Assembly: GCA_944388045.1 (NCBI GenBank)
Contig: CALXHG010000007.1
Coordinates: forward strand, 23,440 to 87,439
Direction of reading: 5' to 3'
DNA: 64,000 nucleotides
Source of the DNA: an uncultured Clostridia bacterium
GTDB taxonomy: Bacteria; Bacillota; Clostridia; TANB77; CAG-508
Shown here: piece after piece, positions 1-9,670 of the stretch
Position numbering within the stretch: position 1 is the first letter of the stretch
Layout: each line of letters begins with the position of its first letter
Notes under the pieces: generated by a model
The model's input: the letters and a program-made list of their open reading frames with translations, nothing else
The model's database searches: none
Told to the model about the DNA's origin: nothing
Program-made: the position numbers and the translations under genes

Positions 1-654
1 ATTCAAGAACAGATTCCACCAATATATTCTGCAATAAAAGTTAATGGAAAAAAACTTTATGAATATGCAAGAAAAGGTGAAAATATAGAAGTACAACCTC
101 GTAAAATAGAAATATATTCTATGGAATTAATTGATGTTGATAAAACAAATAAACAAATTCATTTTAGAGTAAAATGCTCAAAAGGTACATATATCAGAAC
201 ATTATGTGAAGATATAGCATATAAACTACAAACTGTTGGATATATGAAAGAATTAAAAAGAACACAGGTTGGAGAGTTTAAAATAGAAGATGCAATTACA
301 ATAGAGCAATTAGAAGATATTATAAAATATAGATTAAAGAAAGAAGAAATTAAAGATAATATTGAAAATAATTTAGAAGAAAAATTTGAAGATGGTGCAA
401 AAAATGAATTAAAAGAAAAATTAAAAAATAGTCTTAACAATAATTCAAAAAATAATAGTTTTATTAGTATAGAAGAATATTTTAATAATAAGGAAAACAT
501 TAATTTAGATGAAAAAAAATTAAATTTGTTTTTAAATGGAGTTAAATTGACTTTTAATCTAAATAATGATATTTATAAAATATATAGTAATAATAAATTT
601 ATAGGAACTGGTGTAATAAGTAATAATTTATTAAAAAGAGATATTGTCATATAA
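1..654 (+). CDS. truB: tRNA pseudouridine(55) synthase TruB, C-terminal part (5' end outside window)
   Basis: Frame 1 is open from base 1. Translation IQEQIPPIYSAIKVNGKKLYEYARKG...KCSKGTYIRTLCEDIAYKL...GYMKELKRTQVG is TruB-like. An Asn/Lys/Glu-rich insertion precedes the C-terminal PUA-like end. Confidence 0.85.
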   Translation: MQEQIPPIYSAIKVNGKKLYEYARKGENIEVQPRKIEIYSMELIDVDKTNKQIHFRVKCSKGTYIRTLCEDIAYKLQTVGYMKELKRTQVGEFKIEDAITIEQLEDIIKYRLKKEEIKDNIENNLEEKFEDGAKNELKEKLKNSLNNNSKNNSFISIEEYFNNKENINLDEKKLNLFLNGVKLTFNLNNDIYKIYSNNKFIGTGVISNNLLKRDIVI

Positions 655-768
655 ATATAGTAGATTTTATAAAAATATACAACATTAACTGACTAGATTA
701 AATTATTGAAGTACGAGAAACAATAAAATGAATACATAATAATATTAAAGAAAGGAATGGTGTAAAAT

Positions 769-2331
769 ATGGAAGAAAAATTTTATGTAACAACACCTAT
801 TTACTATCCAAGTGGAAAATTTCATATTGGAACTGCTTATACAGAAGTATTAGCAGATACAATAAAAAGATATAAACAACTTAGAGGGTATGATACATTT
901 ATGTTAACAGGTGTTGATGAACATGGTCAAAAAATAGAAACTGTTGCACAAAAAGCAGGGAAAACACCACAAGAATATGTTGATGAAATGGCAAAATTAG
1001 CAAAAGAGTTGTGGAAATTAATGGATATAAAATATGATTATTTTATTAGAACAACTGATAAATTTCATGAGCAAACAGTTCAAAAAATATTTGATTATTT
1101 TCTAAAAAATGGAGACATATATAAAGGTCAATATGAAGGCTGGTATTGTATGCCATGTGAAACATATTTTACAAAAACTCAATTAGTAGATGGAAAATGC
1201 CCTGATTGTGGTAGAGAAGTAAAATTATTAAAAGAAGATGCATACTTCTTTAATATGAAAAAATATGCAGATAGATTAGTAAAATTCTATGATGAAAATC
1301 CGGATTTTGTAGAACCTGCATATAGAAAAACAGAAATGATAAATAATTTTATTAAACCAGGATTAGAAGATTTATGTATAACAAGAACATCTTTTAATTG
1401 GGGAATAAAAGTTCCTAATGACCCAAAACATGTTATATATGTATGGTTAGATGCACTAACAAATTATTTAACTGCACTAGGATATATGCAAGATGATGAC
1501 ACATTATTTAAAAAATACTGGCCAGCAGATGTACAAATTGTTGGAAAAGATATAGCAAGATTTCATTTAATATATTGGCCAATTTTTTTAATGGCACTAG
1601 ATTTGCCACTACCAAAAAAATTCATTGTTCATAATTGGATAGTTATGAAAGATGGGAAAATGTCTAAATCTGTTGGAAATGTAGTTTATCCAGAAAAATT
1701 AATTAGTAGATATGGATTAGATGCAACAAGATATTATTTATTAAGAGTAATGACTGTTTCTCAAGATGCAATTTTTACTCCAGAAGATTTTGTTGAAAAA
1801 TATAATTCAGATTTATGTAATGATTTAGGAAATCTAGTAAATAGAACTATTTCAATGGTTAACAAATATTTTCAAGGAACAGTTCCAAAATATAATGGAA
1901 CACCAAATGATGTTGACAAAGAACTTGAAGAATTTACACAAAATAAACTTAAAGAAGTAGAAGAATTAATTGAAAAATATCAAATGTCAAATGCCTTACA
2001 AGAACTATGGACAGTCATATCAAGAACAAATAAATATATTGATGAAACTCGTCCATGGGAATTATCAAAAAATGGAGAAACAGATAAATTACAATCTAGT
2101 ATATATCACCTAATAGAAAACATAAGAAAAGTAGCAATATATTTAATACCATTTATGGAAAATACAGCTAAAAATATATTTAATCAAATAGGAATACCTA
2201 GTAATTTACAAACATGGGAAAGTCTTGACAGATATGATAAATTAAACAGTATAAAAGTAGTTGAAAAAGGTGAACCTATTTTTATGAGAAAAAATATGGA
2301 AGAAGAATTGGAATATTTAAAAAATAAATAA
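769..2331 (+). CDS. metG: methionine--tRNA ligase (short form, no C-terminal tRNA-binding domain)
   Basis: Contains KFHIGTAY (HIGH-type) and KMSKSVGN (KMSKS) motifs and a Cys knuckle CMPCE...CPDCG. 520 aa. Confidence 0.95.
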   Translation: MEEKFYVTTPIYYPSGKFHIGTAYTEVLADTIKRYKQLRGYDTFMLTGVDEHGQKIETVAQKAGKTPQEYVDEMAKLAKELWKLMDIKYDYFIRTTDKFHEQTVQKIFDYFLKNGDIYKGQYEGWYCMPCETYFTKTQLVDGKCPDCGREVKLLKEDAYFFNMKKYADRLVKFYDENPDFVEPAYRKTEMINNFIKPGLEDLCITRTSFNWGIKVPNDPKHVIYVWLDALTNYLTALGYMQDDDTLFKKYWPADVQIVGKDIARFHLIYWPIFLMALDLPLPKKFIVHNWIVMKDGKMSKSVGNVVYPEKLISRYGLDATRYYLLRVMTVSQDAIFTPEDFVEKYNSDLCNDLGNLVNRTISMVNKYFQGTVPKYNGTPNDVDKELEEFTQNKLKEVEELIEKYQMSNALQELWTVISRTNKYIDETRPWELSKNGETDKLQSSIYHLIENIRKVAIYLIPFMENTAKNIFNQIGIPSNLQTWESLDRYDKLNSIKVVEKGEPIFMRKNMEEELEYLKNK

Positions 2332-2342
2332 AAGGTGGAAGA

Positions 2343-3251
2343 ATGGATTTGATATCTATAAGAAGAAAATATAATAATATAAGAAATATTATAATAATAA
2401 GTTTTATACTTGTTGTTTGTGCTATTTTGGCGTTAATTGTAAAAGAAATTAATAAAAATAAAGCTGAGGAAAATGTATTTTTATCTTATTCAGAATTAAA
2501 AAAAATAGTTGCTCAAAAAGAAGAAGAAATTCAAAAACAGAAAGAAGAACAGCAAAAAATTGAAGAAGAAAATAGAAAAAACAATTTACCTCAATTAACA
2601 GAAGAGGGTAAAAATAATGTTGCAAAAATATATAAATCAGATACCAAAAGAGTATTTTTAACTTTTGATGATGGACCTTCTTCAACAGTAACACCAAAAA
2701 TATTAGATGTGTTAAAAGCAGAAAATATTAAAGCAACATTTTTTTTACTGGGAAGTAGAGTTGAACTTAATCCGGAAATTGTAAAAAGAGAATATGAAGA
2801 AGGACATTATATAGCAAGTCATGGATATTCTCATGTTTATTCACAAATATATTCATCGCCACAAAGTGTTTTAGATGAATATAATAATTGTGTAAGAGCA
2901 ATTCAAAATGCTATTGGTGTACCAGATTATAATCCTCATTTATTTAGATTTCCTGGAGGATTTAAAGGTGGAAAATATGATAAGATAAAATCTCAGGCAC
3001 ATGATTTATTAGAACAAAATAATATAGCTCATGTTGACTGGAATGCTTTAACATCAGATTCTGCAGGTGCTAAAACAACAGAACAATTTATAGCAGAATT
3101 AGAAAAAACGGTGCCAAAATACAATAGTGTAGTGGTTTTAATGCATGATGCAGGAAATAAGCAAGCAACTGCAGAAGCCTTGCCAACTATTATTTCTTAT
3201 TTTAGAGAACGTGGATATGAATTCAAATCCTTTTATGATATAATTAAATAA
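2343..3251 (+). CDS. membrane-anchored polysaccharide deacetylase (NodB homology domain)
   Basis: N-terminal TM helix and a charged coiled-coil linker, then NodB motifs TFDDGP and HGYSH. Confidence 0.8.
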   Translation: MDLISIRRKYNNIRNIIIISFILVVCAILALIVKEINKNKAEENVFLSYSELKKIVAQKEEEIQKQKEEQQKIEEENRKNNLPQLTEEGKNNVAKIYKSDTKRVFLTFDDGPSSTVTPKILDVLKAENIKATFFLLGSRVELNPEIVKREYEEGHYIASHGYSHVYSQIYSSPQSVLDEYNNCVRAIQNAIGVPDYNPHLFRFPGGFKGGKYDKIKSQAHDLLEQNNIAHVDWNALTSDSAGAKTTEQFIAELEKTVPKYNSVVVLMHDAGNKQATAEALPTIISYFRERGYEFKSFYDIIK

Positions 3252-3260
3252 TTATTATTA

Positions 3261-3600
3261 GGGCTGACTCTTTTAGCAATTTGGCTATTGGGGTCGGTCC
3301 CTTTTTGTGCTGGGGTCGGTCCTAAAATCAAATTCAATATATAAATTGTTTTTTATACCTTATGTGTCGCAACCTACAAAAGAATTTCAATAAGTAGGTT
3401 GCTCCAAATCACATTCACTACGCTCATTTGGTCGCTTACGCGGTATTGCAAAATACTTTATATATTGGTTTATTTTAGGACCGACCCCAGCACAAAAAGG
3501 GACCGACCCCAACAACCACCCCCACAACACCAAAAAAGACCGACCCCAACACAAAAAAAGACCGTCACCAGACAAAGAATACAAAAATAGAACTGACACA
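3261..3600. repeat. Family A composite repeat, copy A1: inverted GGGGTCGGTCCC/GGGACCGACCCC units around a ~155-nt core
   Basis: Forward units at 3290-3301 and 3312-3322. Core at 3323-3477, with hairpin GCAACCTAC(3369-3377)/GTAGGTTGC(3394-3402). Reverse units at 3478, 3499 and 3538. The same architecture and core recur at 38625-38968. Confidence 0.8.
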
Positions 3601-3688
3601 AGTATGATTTTATTATTGAAAAATATGCTAAAATATGATATAAAAGAACTATAAATAAAATTTTATATTTGAAAAGAAAGGGAAAAAA

Positions 3689-4714
3689 ATGTTATATTTA
3701 AAGAGTTTTTTTAGAAAAAAGAGTACAAAAATATATTTGATAATATATAGTGTATTATTAACAACAATTTTTTCAATGTTAGTTTTGATAAATTATTGTA
3801 ATAAATCAATAAATGATGTGTATAAAACAAAATCTTATATACTAATGACATGTAAAGGAGATTACTTTAAAGAAATATCTAAATTAAATGTAGTCAAAGA
3901 AGTAGAAAGAATAATAATTTTTGAAGAAAATGAAAAAGATACTACATTTAAAAATCAATCATATTCTATTATAAGTAAAGATACAACAGTTAATTATGAT
4001 AATGGAGAAAATTATAATGAAATAGTTTGTTGGGAAGATTATGGTATGCCATCTATAAACTCTGCAACAAAGATAATAATTAAACCAGATAAAAATAATG
4101 ATTTAAAGTTAAAAGATAATGAAATAGTATTATCAACAGAGGGGGTAAAAAATAAAAAGCAAGAGACAAAAGACAATTTAAAAGGTAAGAATATTATATT
4201 TAAATATAATGAAAATGATATTGAATTTACTATAAAAGATTATTATGATAGTAATGATTTAGAAATGATGATTTCTGAAAATAAGTTTAATGAATTAAAT
4301 TTAAAAAATAATATATATTCATACAAAATATATGTTGATGATTATCTTAATACAAGTGAAATAAAAGAAAAATTGAAAATTGCAAGTAATTATAATGATA
4401 TAAATATTGGAACAAGAATTAATTTTGATGGTAATGAAAATGCTGATAAAGTGACTAATAGCATTGAATTTAGAAGTGTGTTTGAAATGATAACATTTTT
4501 TTCAATATGCGGTTTTATTATAATATTTATAATAGTTACAGGGAATATTTTATCAGATGAAAAGAAGAATTCAAAGATAGAAAGAGTATTAGGTTATAAT
4601 AAAAAGCAATTAAAATTACATGTAGTAGTAAAGCTAATAAGCTTAATGATTACAGCCTTATTTATACCTCTAATTATTTCATTAATCATAAGTATTATTT
4701 TGAGCTTAAACTAG
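3689..4714 (+). CDS. membrane protein with FtsX-like C-terminal segment (paralog 1)
   Basis: N-terminal TM, ~230-aa ectodomain, then TM-loop-TM (..GNILSDEKKNSKIERVLGYNKKQLKL..) resembling TM2-loop-TM3 of FtsX/MacB permeases. About 75% identical to the 5821..6840 product by eye. Confidence 0.5.
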   Translation: MLYLKSFFRKKSTKIYLIIYSVLLTTIFSMLVLINYCNKSINDVYKTKSYILMTCKGDYFKEISKLNVVKEVERIIIFEENEKDTTFKNQSYSIISKDTTVNYDNGENYNEIVCWEDYGMPSINSATKIIIKPDKNNDLKLKDNEIVLSTEGVKNKKQETKDNLKGKNIIFKYNENDIEFTIKDYYDSNDLEMMISENKFNELNLKNNIYSYKIYVDDYLNTSEIKEKLKIASNYNDINIGTRINFDGNENADKVTNSIEFRSVFEMITFFSICGFIIIFIIVTGNILSDEKKNSKIERVLGYNKKQLKLHVVVKLISLMITALFIPLIISLIISIILSLN

Positions 4715-4787
4715 CATAATAAAAAATCCATATACTTAATTACATTATATATATTCTATTTTTAATAAATTTACTTTAAATTTATTT

Positions 4788-4887
4788 GAAAAGAATTCAT
4801 TTGGCTTTAATATTTTATAAATGTATTTTATTTTTTTGTAATTTTTAGGGTTTTATTGTTGTATGTAAAACAAATGAATTCTTTTTC
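4788..4887. terminator. long-loop inverted repeat between convergent genes (possible bidirectional terminator)
   Basis: GAAAAGAATTCATTTG (4788-4803) pairs with CAAATGAATTCTTTTTC (4871-4887), with one bulged base. About 67 nt of AT-rich loop. Confidence 0.3.
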
Positions 4888-4895
4888 TATTATAA

Positions 4896-5609
4896 TCAAT
4901 ATTTTATTAAATCAACAATTTTCTTTAAAAAAAGTTTTGAAGAAATCCTTTTGGTATCTGGGAAATATCTTTTTAATATATCTATTTTTGTATATCGAAA
5001 CATAGAATTAAGACTTTTATCAATGGCCCACTTGACTTTTAAATGGTTGGAAATTTGATGCATTTTGGCAATGTGTGGATATAAATCTTTTTCTAAATTA
5101 TTTATACAATTTGGTCTTTTAATGCAATATTTAATACAATCAATTATATATAAATACCCTACACTATTTTTATTAAAATCAAAGTTATTTAAAATGTTAA
5201 TTATAAGCGATTGTGTATTATCATTATTTATTTCTTTATTGAATTGTATTAAATAACTACACAAGGCATCATAATCAATTGGTTTAATAATTATACCCGA
5301 AATCAACTGGATATTCTGCAATTTATTAATTGAATCAGGAAAGGCTGTAATTAGTAAAATTTTGGGTAAAGTTATGTTTTCTTTTAATAGTTTGTTGATT
5401 ATTTCTAAACCGTTTATAATAGGTAAATTAATGTCTAGTAAAATAACATCAGGTTTTAGAAGTTTTATTTTTTGATATGTTTCTAATCCATTAGTTGTAA
5501 TACCTATAACATTTATATTATTTAAATTTTGACTTTTAATAATATTAAAAAGTGATATATCTAAGTCTTTATTGTCATCAGCAATTAATACCTTAATCAA
5601 AACCAACAC
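4896..5609 (-). CDS. orphan response regulator with Spo0A-like C-terminal DNA-binding domain
   Basis: Receiver motifs IADDNKD, ILLDINLP, ITAFPD and IKPIDY. The C-terminus (VGYLYIIDCIKY..., LYPHIAKMH..., KVKWAIDKSL) aligns with the Spo0A_C pattern GYLYLREAI / LYPDIAKK / RVERAIRHAI. The start is a non-ATG codon and uncertain (5609 or 5603). Confidence 0.7.
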   Translation of the reverse strand: MLVLIKVLIADDNKDLDISLFNIIKSQNLNNINVIGITTNGLETYQKIKLLKPDVILLDINLPIINGLEIINKLLKENITLPKILLITAFPDSINKLQNIQLISGIIIKPIDYDALCSYLIQFNKEINNDNTQSLIINILNNFDFNKNSVGYLYIIDCIKYCIKRPNCINNLEKDLYPHIAKMHQISNHLKVKWAIDKSLNSMFRYTKIDILKRYFPDTKRISSKLFLKKIVDLIKY

Positions 5610-5820
5610 CTCTCTAATATTTTATTATAAATTTCTACAAAAATCAATAACTTATATATATATTTCTTTCTATTTTTCTACTTTTTTACAAATAATTTCT
5701 ATTTTTTCTATTTTTGTTGAAAAACGTAAAAAAAAATGATATAAAAAATTTATAAAAATATTTAATTTTAACAGTTATGACAATAAAATTATTTACTATT
5801 ATATGGAGAGGAATATAAAA

Positions 5821-6840
5821 ATGTTATATTTAAAGAGTTTTTTTAGAAAAAAGAGTACAAAAATATTTTTGATAATATATAGTGTGTTATTAACAACAAT
5901 TTTTTCAATGTTAGTTTTGATAAATTATTGCAACAAAATAATTAATGATGTTTATAAGGAAAAATCATATATGTTAATGACAACAAGAGGAGATTATTTA
6001 GAGGAAATATCAAAACTTGATGGAGTTGAAAAAATCGAAAGAATAATTATTTTTGAAGAAAATGAAAGTGATATGACACTAAAAAATTATTCGTTTTCTG
6101 TTGTAGGTGAAGATACGACAATTAATTATGATAATGATGAAAATGGTGAAGAAATAGTCTGTTGGGAAGACTATGGACCAGCCTCTTTTAATGATGCAAT
6201 AAAAGTAATAATAAAATATGACAAAGACAATTTACTAGGATTAGAAGATAATGAAATAGCATTATCTTTAGAAGGGGTAAAATTTAAAAATCAAAATACA
6301 AAAGACAATTTGAAAGGTAAGAATATTCTTTTTAAATATAATGAAAATGATATAGAATTTAGAATAAAAGATTACTACGATAGTAATGATTTAGAAATGA
6401 TGATTTCAGAAAATAAATTTAATGAGTTAAATTCAAAGAGTAATATTTATTCGTATAAAATATATGTTAAGGATTATCTTAATACAAAGGGAATAAAAGA
6501 GAAAATGAGAATGGTAAGTAATTGTAATGATATCGAAATTGATACAAGAATTGATTATGATGCAAATAAAAATGCTGAGAAAGTTTCATTAAGTCTTGAT
6601 TTATGGCAAATGTTTAGTATAATAACATTTTTCTCAATATGTGGATTAATTATAATATTTATAATAATTACAGGGAATATTTTATCAGATGAAAAGAAGA
6701 ATTCAAAGATAGAAAGAGTATTAGGTTATAATAAAAAGCAATTAAAATTACATGTAGTAGTAAAGCTAATAAGTTTAATGATTACAGCCCTATTAATTTC
6801 GCTAATTATTTCATTTATATTAAGATTAATAATGAGTTAA
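5821..6840 (+). CDS. membrane protein with FtsX-like C-terminal segment (paralog 2)
   Basis: Same architecture as 3689..4714. ATG at 5821 is preferred over the ORF-track 5803: it has a GGAGAGG RBS and matches the MLYLKSFF start of paralog 1. Confidence 0.5.
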   Translation: MLYLKSFFRKKSTKIFLIIYSVLLTTIFSMLVLINYCNKIINDVYKEKSYMLMTTRGDYLEEISKLDGVEKIERIIIFEENESDMTLKNYSFSVVGEDTTINYDNDENGEEIVCWEDYGPASFNDAIKVIIKYDKDNLLGLEDNEIALSLEGVKFKNQNTKDNLKGKNILFKYNENDIEFRIKDYYDSNDLEMMISENKFNELNSKSNIYSYKIYVKDYLNTKGIKEKMRMVSNCNDIEIDTRIDYDANKNAEKVSLSLDLWQMFSIITFFSICGLIIIFIIITGNILSDEKKNSKIERVLGYNKKQLKLHVVVKLISLMITALLISLIISFILRLIMS

Positions 6841-6920
6841 TAGATTGCTTGAAAGACTATCAAAAAAGTTTTTTAATTAAGGAATACTATATTAAAAATA
6901 AAAGAAAGAAGTAGATAGAA

Positions 6921-7316
6921 ATGAAAAATAAGAAAATAATTTTTATTGTAACAATATTATTAGTAGGACTAAGTATTACAGGAATTACCCTTGCAGCAAG
7001 TAGACTTACATCCGTATACTTTACAAAAGGAAAGGAAATTGAAGTTACAGGTGATTATGGAACTGAGATAAATCCAAGTGTAAGAGCTAGTCAATTAATT
7101 GGAACACCAGTTATAAATGTTAAATGCCAAAAAAAAGTTTTGTTTGGTTTTAGTGGTGGTGCAAATATGGATTTGACTATATCAGAAGTTGAAAAAACTT
7201 ATTATGCAGCATTTGATGCTGAATCCGCAGGAACATTTAAAATAACATGGAAACAAACAAATGATAATGCTAGCATGCTCGCAACTATTGATGTACAAAG
7301 TAATAATATAGGATAA
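6921..7316 (+). CDS. small secreted protein, unknown function
   Basis: Signal-peptide-like N-terminus MKNKKIIFIVTILLVGLSITGITLAAS. RBS AAAGAAAGAAG upstream. No recognisable domain. Confidence 0.5.
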   Translation: MKNKKIIFIVTILLVGLSITGITLAASRLTSVYFTKGKEIEVTGDYGTEINPSVRASQLIGTPVINVKCQKKVLFGFSGGANMDLTISEVEKTYYAAFDAESAGTFKITWKQTNDNASMLATIDVQSNNIG

Positions 7317-7371
7317 AGATAATAATAATAATATAGTATTCCTTTTAAATTAATAAAAAATATTTATCATA

Positions 7372-7409
7372 AACAGTGATTATTTTTGGATTTATGAATA
7401 ATCACTGTT
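7372..7409 (+). terminator. intrinsic terminator-like hairpin
   Basis: Perfect 13-bp stem AACAGTGATTATT / AATAATCACTGTT with a 12-nt loop, downstream of 6921..7316. Confidence 0.55.
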
Positions 7410-7528
7410 GAAATTTTAAAATAAGAACAGAGAAATTCTACAAAATAAAATGATTAAAAATTAACATTTATTTTTATTGAATAATAGTTAAAAATATGTT
7501 ATAAATAAAGAAAAAAGGAGAGAAATAT

Positions 7529-8221
7529 ATGGAAGAAAAAAGCAAAGTAATACAATTAAAAAATATTCAAAAAACATTTCATACAAAAAACAAAGAAGTA
7601 AATGTTTTAAGAAATTTAAATGCAGAATTTTACGAAGGAAATTTATATGCGGTAATGGGACATAGTGGTAATGGAAAATCAACATTAATACATATTTTAG
7701 GCTTAATAGATGAATGTGATGAAGGAGAATATCAAATATATGGCAAGAATGTAAAAAATTTAAAAGATAAAGATGCATCATATATGAGATTGAAAAATAT
7801 AGGATTTGTTTTTCAAGAATTTAATTTGGTTCCAACGCTAAAAGCATATGAAAATGTTATGGTTCCAATGTTAATAAATAAAGAAATTCAAGCAAAAGAA
7901 AGAAAAGAAAGAGCTATAGAATTGCTATCAAGTGTAGGACTAAAAGAAAGAATAAATCATTTTCCCAAAGAATTATCAGGAGGAGAACAACAAAGAGTTG
8001 CAATAGCTCGTTCTTTAGCCAATAATCCTAATATTATACTTGCAGATGAGCCAACAGGAAATTTAGATGAAAAAAGTGAAAGGGAAATATTTACACTATT
8101 AAAAAAATTAGCAGAAGAAGGAAAATGTGTTATAGTTGTAAGTCATAGTAGTGAAATAAAAAATTATGCAGACAAAGTATACATATTAGATAAAGGAAAA
8201 TTGGAAGGAGAAAATGAGTGA
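7529..8221 (+). CDS. ABC transporter ATP-binding protein (MacB/LolD-like)
   Basis: Walker A GHSGNGKST, signature LSGGEQQR, Walker B ILADEPT. Confidence 0.9.
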   Translation: MEEKSKVIQLKNIQKTFHTKNKEVNVLRNLNAEFYEGNLYAVMGHSGNGKSTLIHILGLIDECDEGEYQIYGKNVKNLKDKDASYMRLKNIGFVFQEFNLVPTLKAYENVMVPMLINKEIQAKERKERAIELLSSVGLKERINHFPKELSGGEQQRVAIARSLANNPNIILADEPTGNLDEKSEREIFTLLKKLAEEGKCVIVVSHSSEIKNYADKVYILDKGKLEGENE

Positions 8222-9468
8222 ATAAATATCATTTAAAAAATTTATTTATAAAAATAACAAGAGATAAAAACAATATATTTTTTATAATACTATTAGTCAT
8301 TTCAACAATAATGCTTATTGGTTCAATAACATTTAATAAAAATTTTAATGAATATATAGAAGAAAATATAAATAAAAACATAAATTTTAGAGTATTATCA
8401 GTATCAAATAAACAAGACGAAGCAGATTTAGGAAAGGAAGAATTATTAAGTATTGAACATGTACAAGATGTATATAGTTCAGTATATGGTACTTTTTTGA
8501 TAGATAGTAATTTTGCTAATGAAGATCTAGATGGAAAAATAACACCTCAGTATTTACCAAAATCTACAGTTATTCATTCATTAATAGGTTCGCAAATTGG
8601 AGAAAATGATACTGGAGTTGCAATAATCCCAAAAGATTTTTATCCAGATAATTCTGTATATGAATATAATATAAATGCTAAAAATATAATAGATGGTGAG
8701 AGTTTAATAGGAAAAGAATTTACTATAACATATTATACAAGAAAATTTGAAAATATGAAATTTGTTAATGATGAGAAATTAACAAAAACATTTACAGTAA
8801 TAGGTGTATATGATAATAAAGAATTTATGAATTACAATAATGATATATTTATTTCACAAATAGATATAGATGAAATTGCAAAAGCTAAAATACCAATAAA
8901 TGATAATCCAGATATTGAAATTACTCAAATAGATGATTATAGTTTTAATGTAGTAGTAGATAGTTTAGAAAATGTAGAAAGTGTTACAGAAAAAATATTA
9001 GAACATAATTTTTCTAATGTAGAACCTTCAATGGAAATAGATGAAGGAGTAATAAATACAATAAAAATTTCATGTTTGGTAATTGCAATAATTTCTATAG
9101 CTGTAATTATTTTGATAGTGTTATTATACATGAGAAAGAAATTGATAAGAGAATCAAATTATATTGGAATATTAAGAGCTTCAGGATATACAAAAACTAA
9201 TGTAACAATACAGTATTTATTTGAAACAATAATAACTAGTATAATTACATATATTATAGGCTGTATTTTATTAATACTATTATGTGTAATATTGAAAAAT
9301 ATTGTTTTTAATTCATTTAATTATATAGGATATAATATAAGAATATTTTCAACAGATTTTATAATTGGATTTGTAATTCTTATTTTAACTTCATCAATAA
9401 GTTCACTATATATGATACATATGAAGTTAAAAAGCAATATTATAAATTTAATTGAAAGTAGAGAATAG
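8218..9468 (+). CDS. ABC transporter permease, FtsX family
   Basis: Overlaps the ATPase stop by 4 nt. N-terminal TM, large ectodomain and three C-terminal TMs with an IGILRASGYTK loop. Confidence 0.75.
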   Translation: MNKYHLKNLFIKITRDKNNIFFIILLVISTIMLIGSITFNKNFNEYIEENINKNINFRVLSVSNKQDEADLGKEELLSIEHVQDVYSSVYGTFLIDSNFANEDLDGKITPQYLPKSTVIHSLIGSQIGENDTGVAIIPKDFYPDNSVYEYNINAKNIIDGESLIGKEFTITYYTRKFENMKFVNDEKLTKTFTVIGVYDNKEFMNYNNDIFISQIDIDEIAKAKIPINDNPDIEITQIDDYSFNVVVDSLENVESVTEKILEHNFSNVEPSMEIDEGVINTIKISCLVIAIISIAVIILIVLLYMRKKLIRESNYIGILRASGYTKTNVTIQYLFETIITSIITYIIGCILLILLCVILKNIVFNSFNYIGYNIRIFSTDFIIGFVILILTSSISSLYMIHMKLKSNIINLIESRE

Positions 9469-9480
9469 TGTTGTTGTAAA

Positions 9481-9662
9481 TTGGGCGGTACTTTTTCGTG
9501 TTTGGGAGTGTTTGTTGGGGTCGGTCCCTTTTTGTATTGGGGTCGGTCCCTTTTGTTGCTGGGGTCGGTCCTTTTTGCTATTGGGATCGACCCCAACATA
9601 AAAAAGGACCGACCCCAGCGACCACCCCCAACAAGGAAAAGGGAAAAAAGAGAACTGGCACA
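9481..9662. repeat. Family A repeat, copy A2 (no core)
   Basis: Three forward GGGGTCGGTCC(C) units, a central hairpin and reverse GGACCGACCCC units, then CCACCCCCA and the terminal AAAAAGAGAACTGGCACA. The left end GGGCGGTACTTTTTC is a degenerate inverted copy of that terminus. Confidence 0.8.
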
Positions 9663-9670
9663 TATTTTCC

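Noticed and set aside
3387-3599. ORFs lying inside the GGGACCGACCCC repeat regions (3387..3599, 3399..3590, 9321..9599, 9448..9663, 9481..9687, 23334..23579, 38539..38727, 38679..38969). This includes a shared peptide ...FAIPRKRPNERSECDLEQPTY, where the two core copies differ only by synonymous changes.
   Set aside because: The repeat unit is stop-free in all three frames on one strand, so long ORFs arise automatically. None has an ATG start with an RBS. The ORFs end at different points in the two copies (TGA versus AGA). Other differences in the same frame are non-synonymous. Two synonymous changes are too few to argue for coding.
5661-5720. TTTCTATTTTT direct repeats in the regulator/paralog-2 divergent promoter region as binding sites.
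   Set aside because: This is low-complexity T-rich sequence. Three short repeats in ~28% GC DNA are not distinguishable from chance without comparative data.
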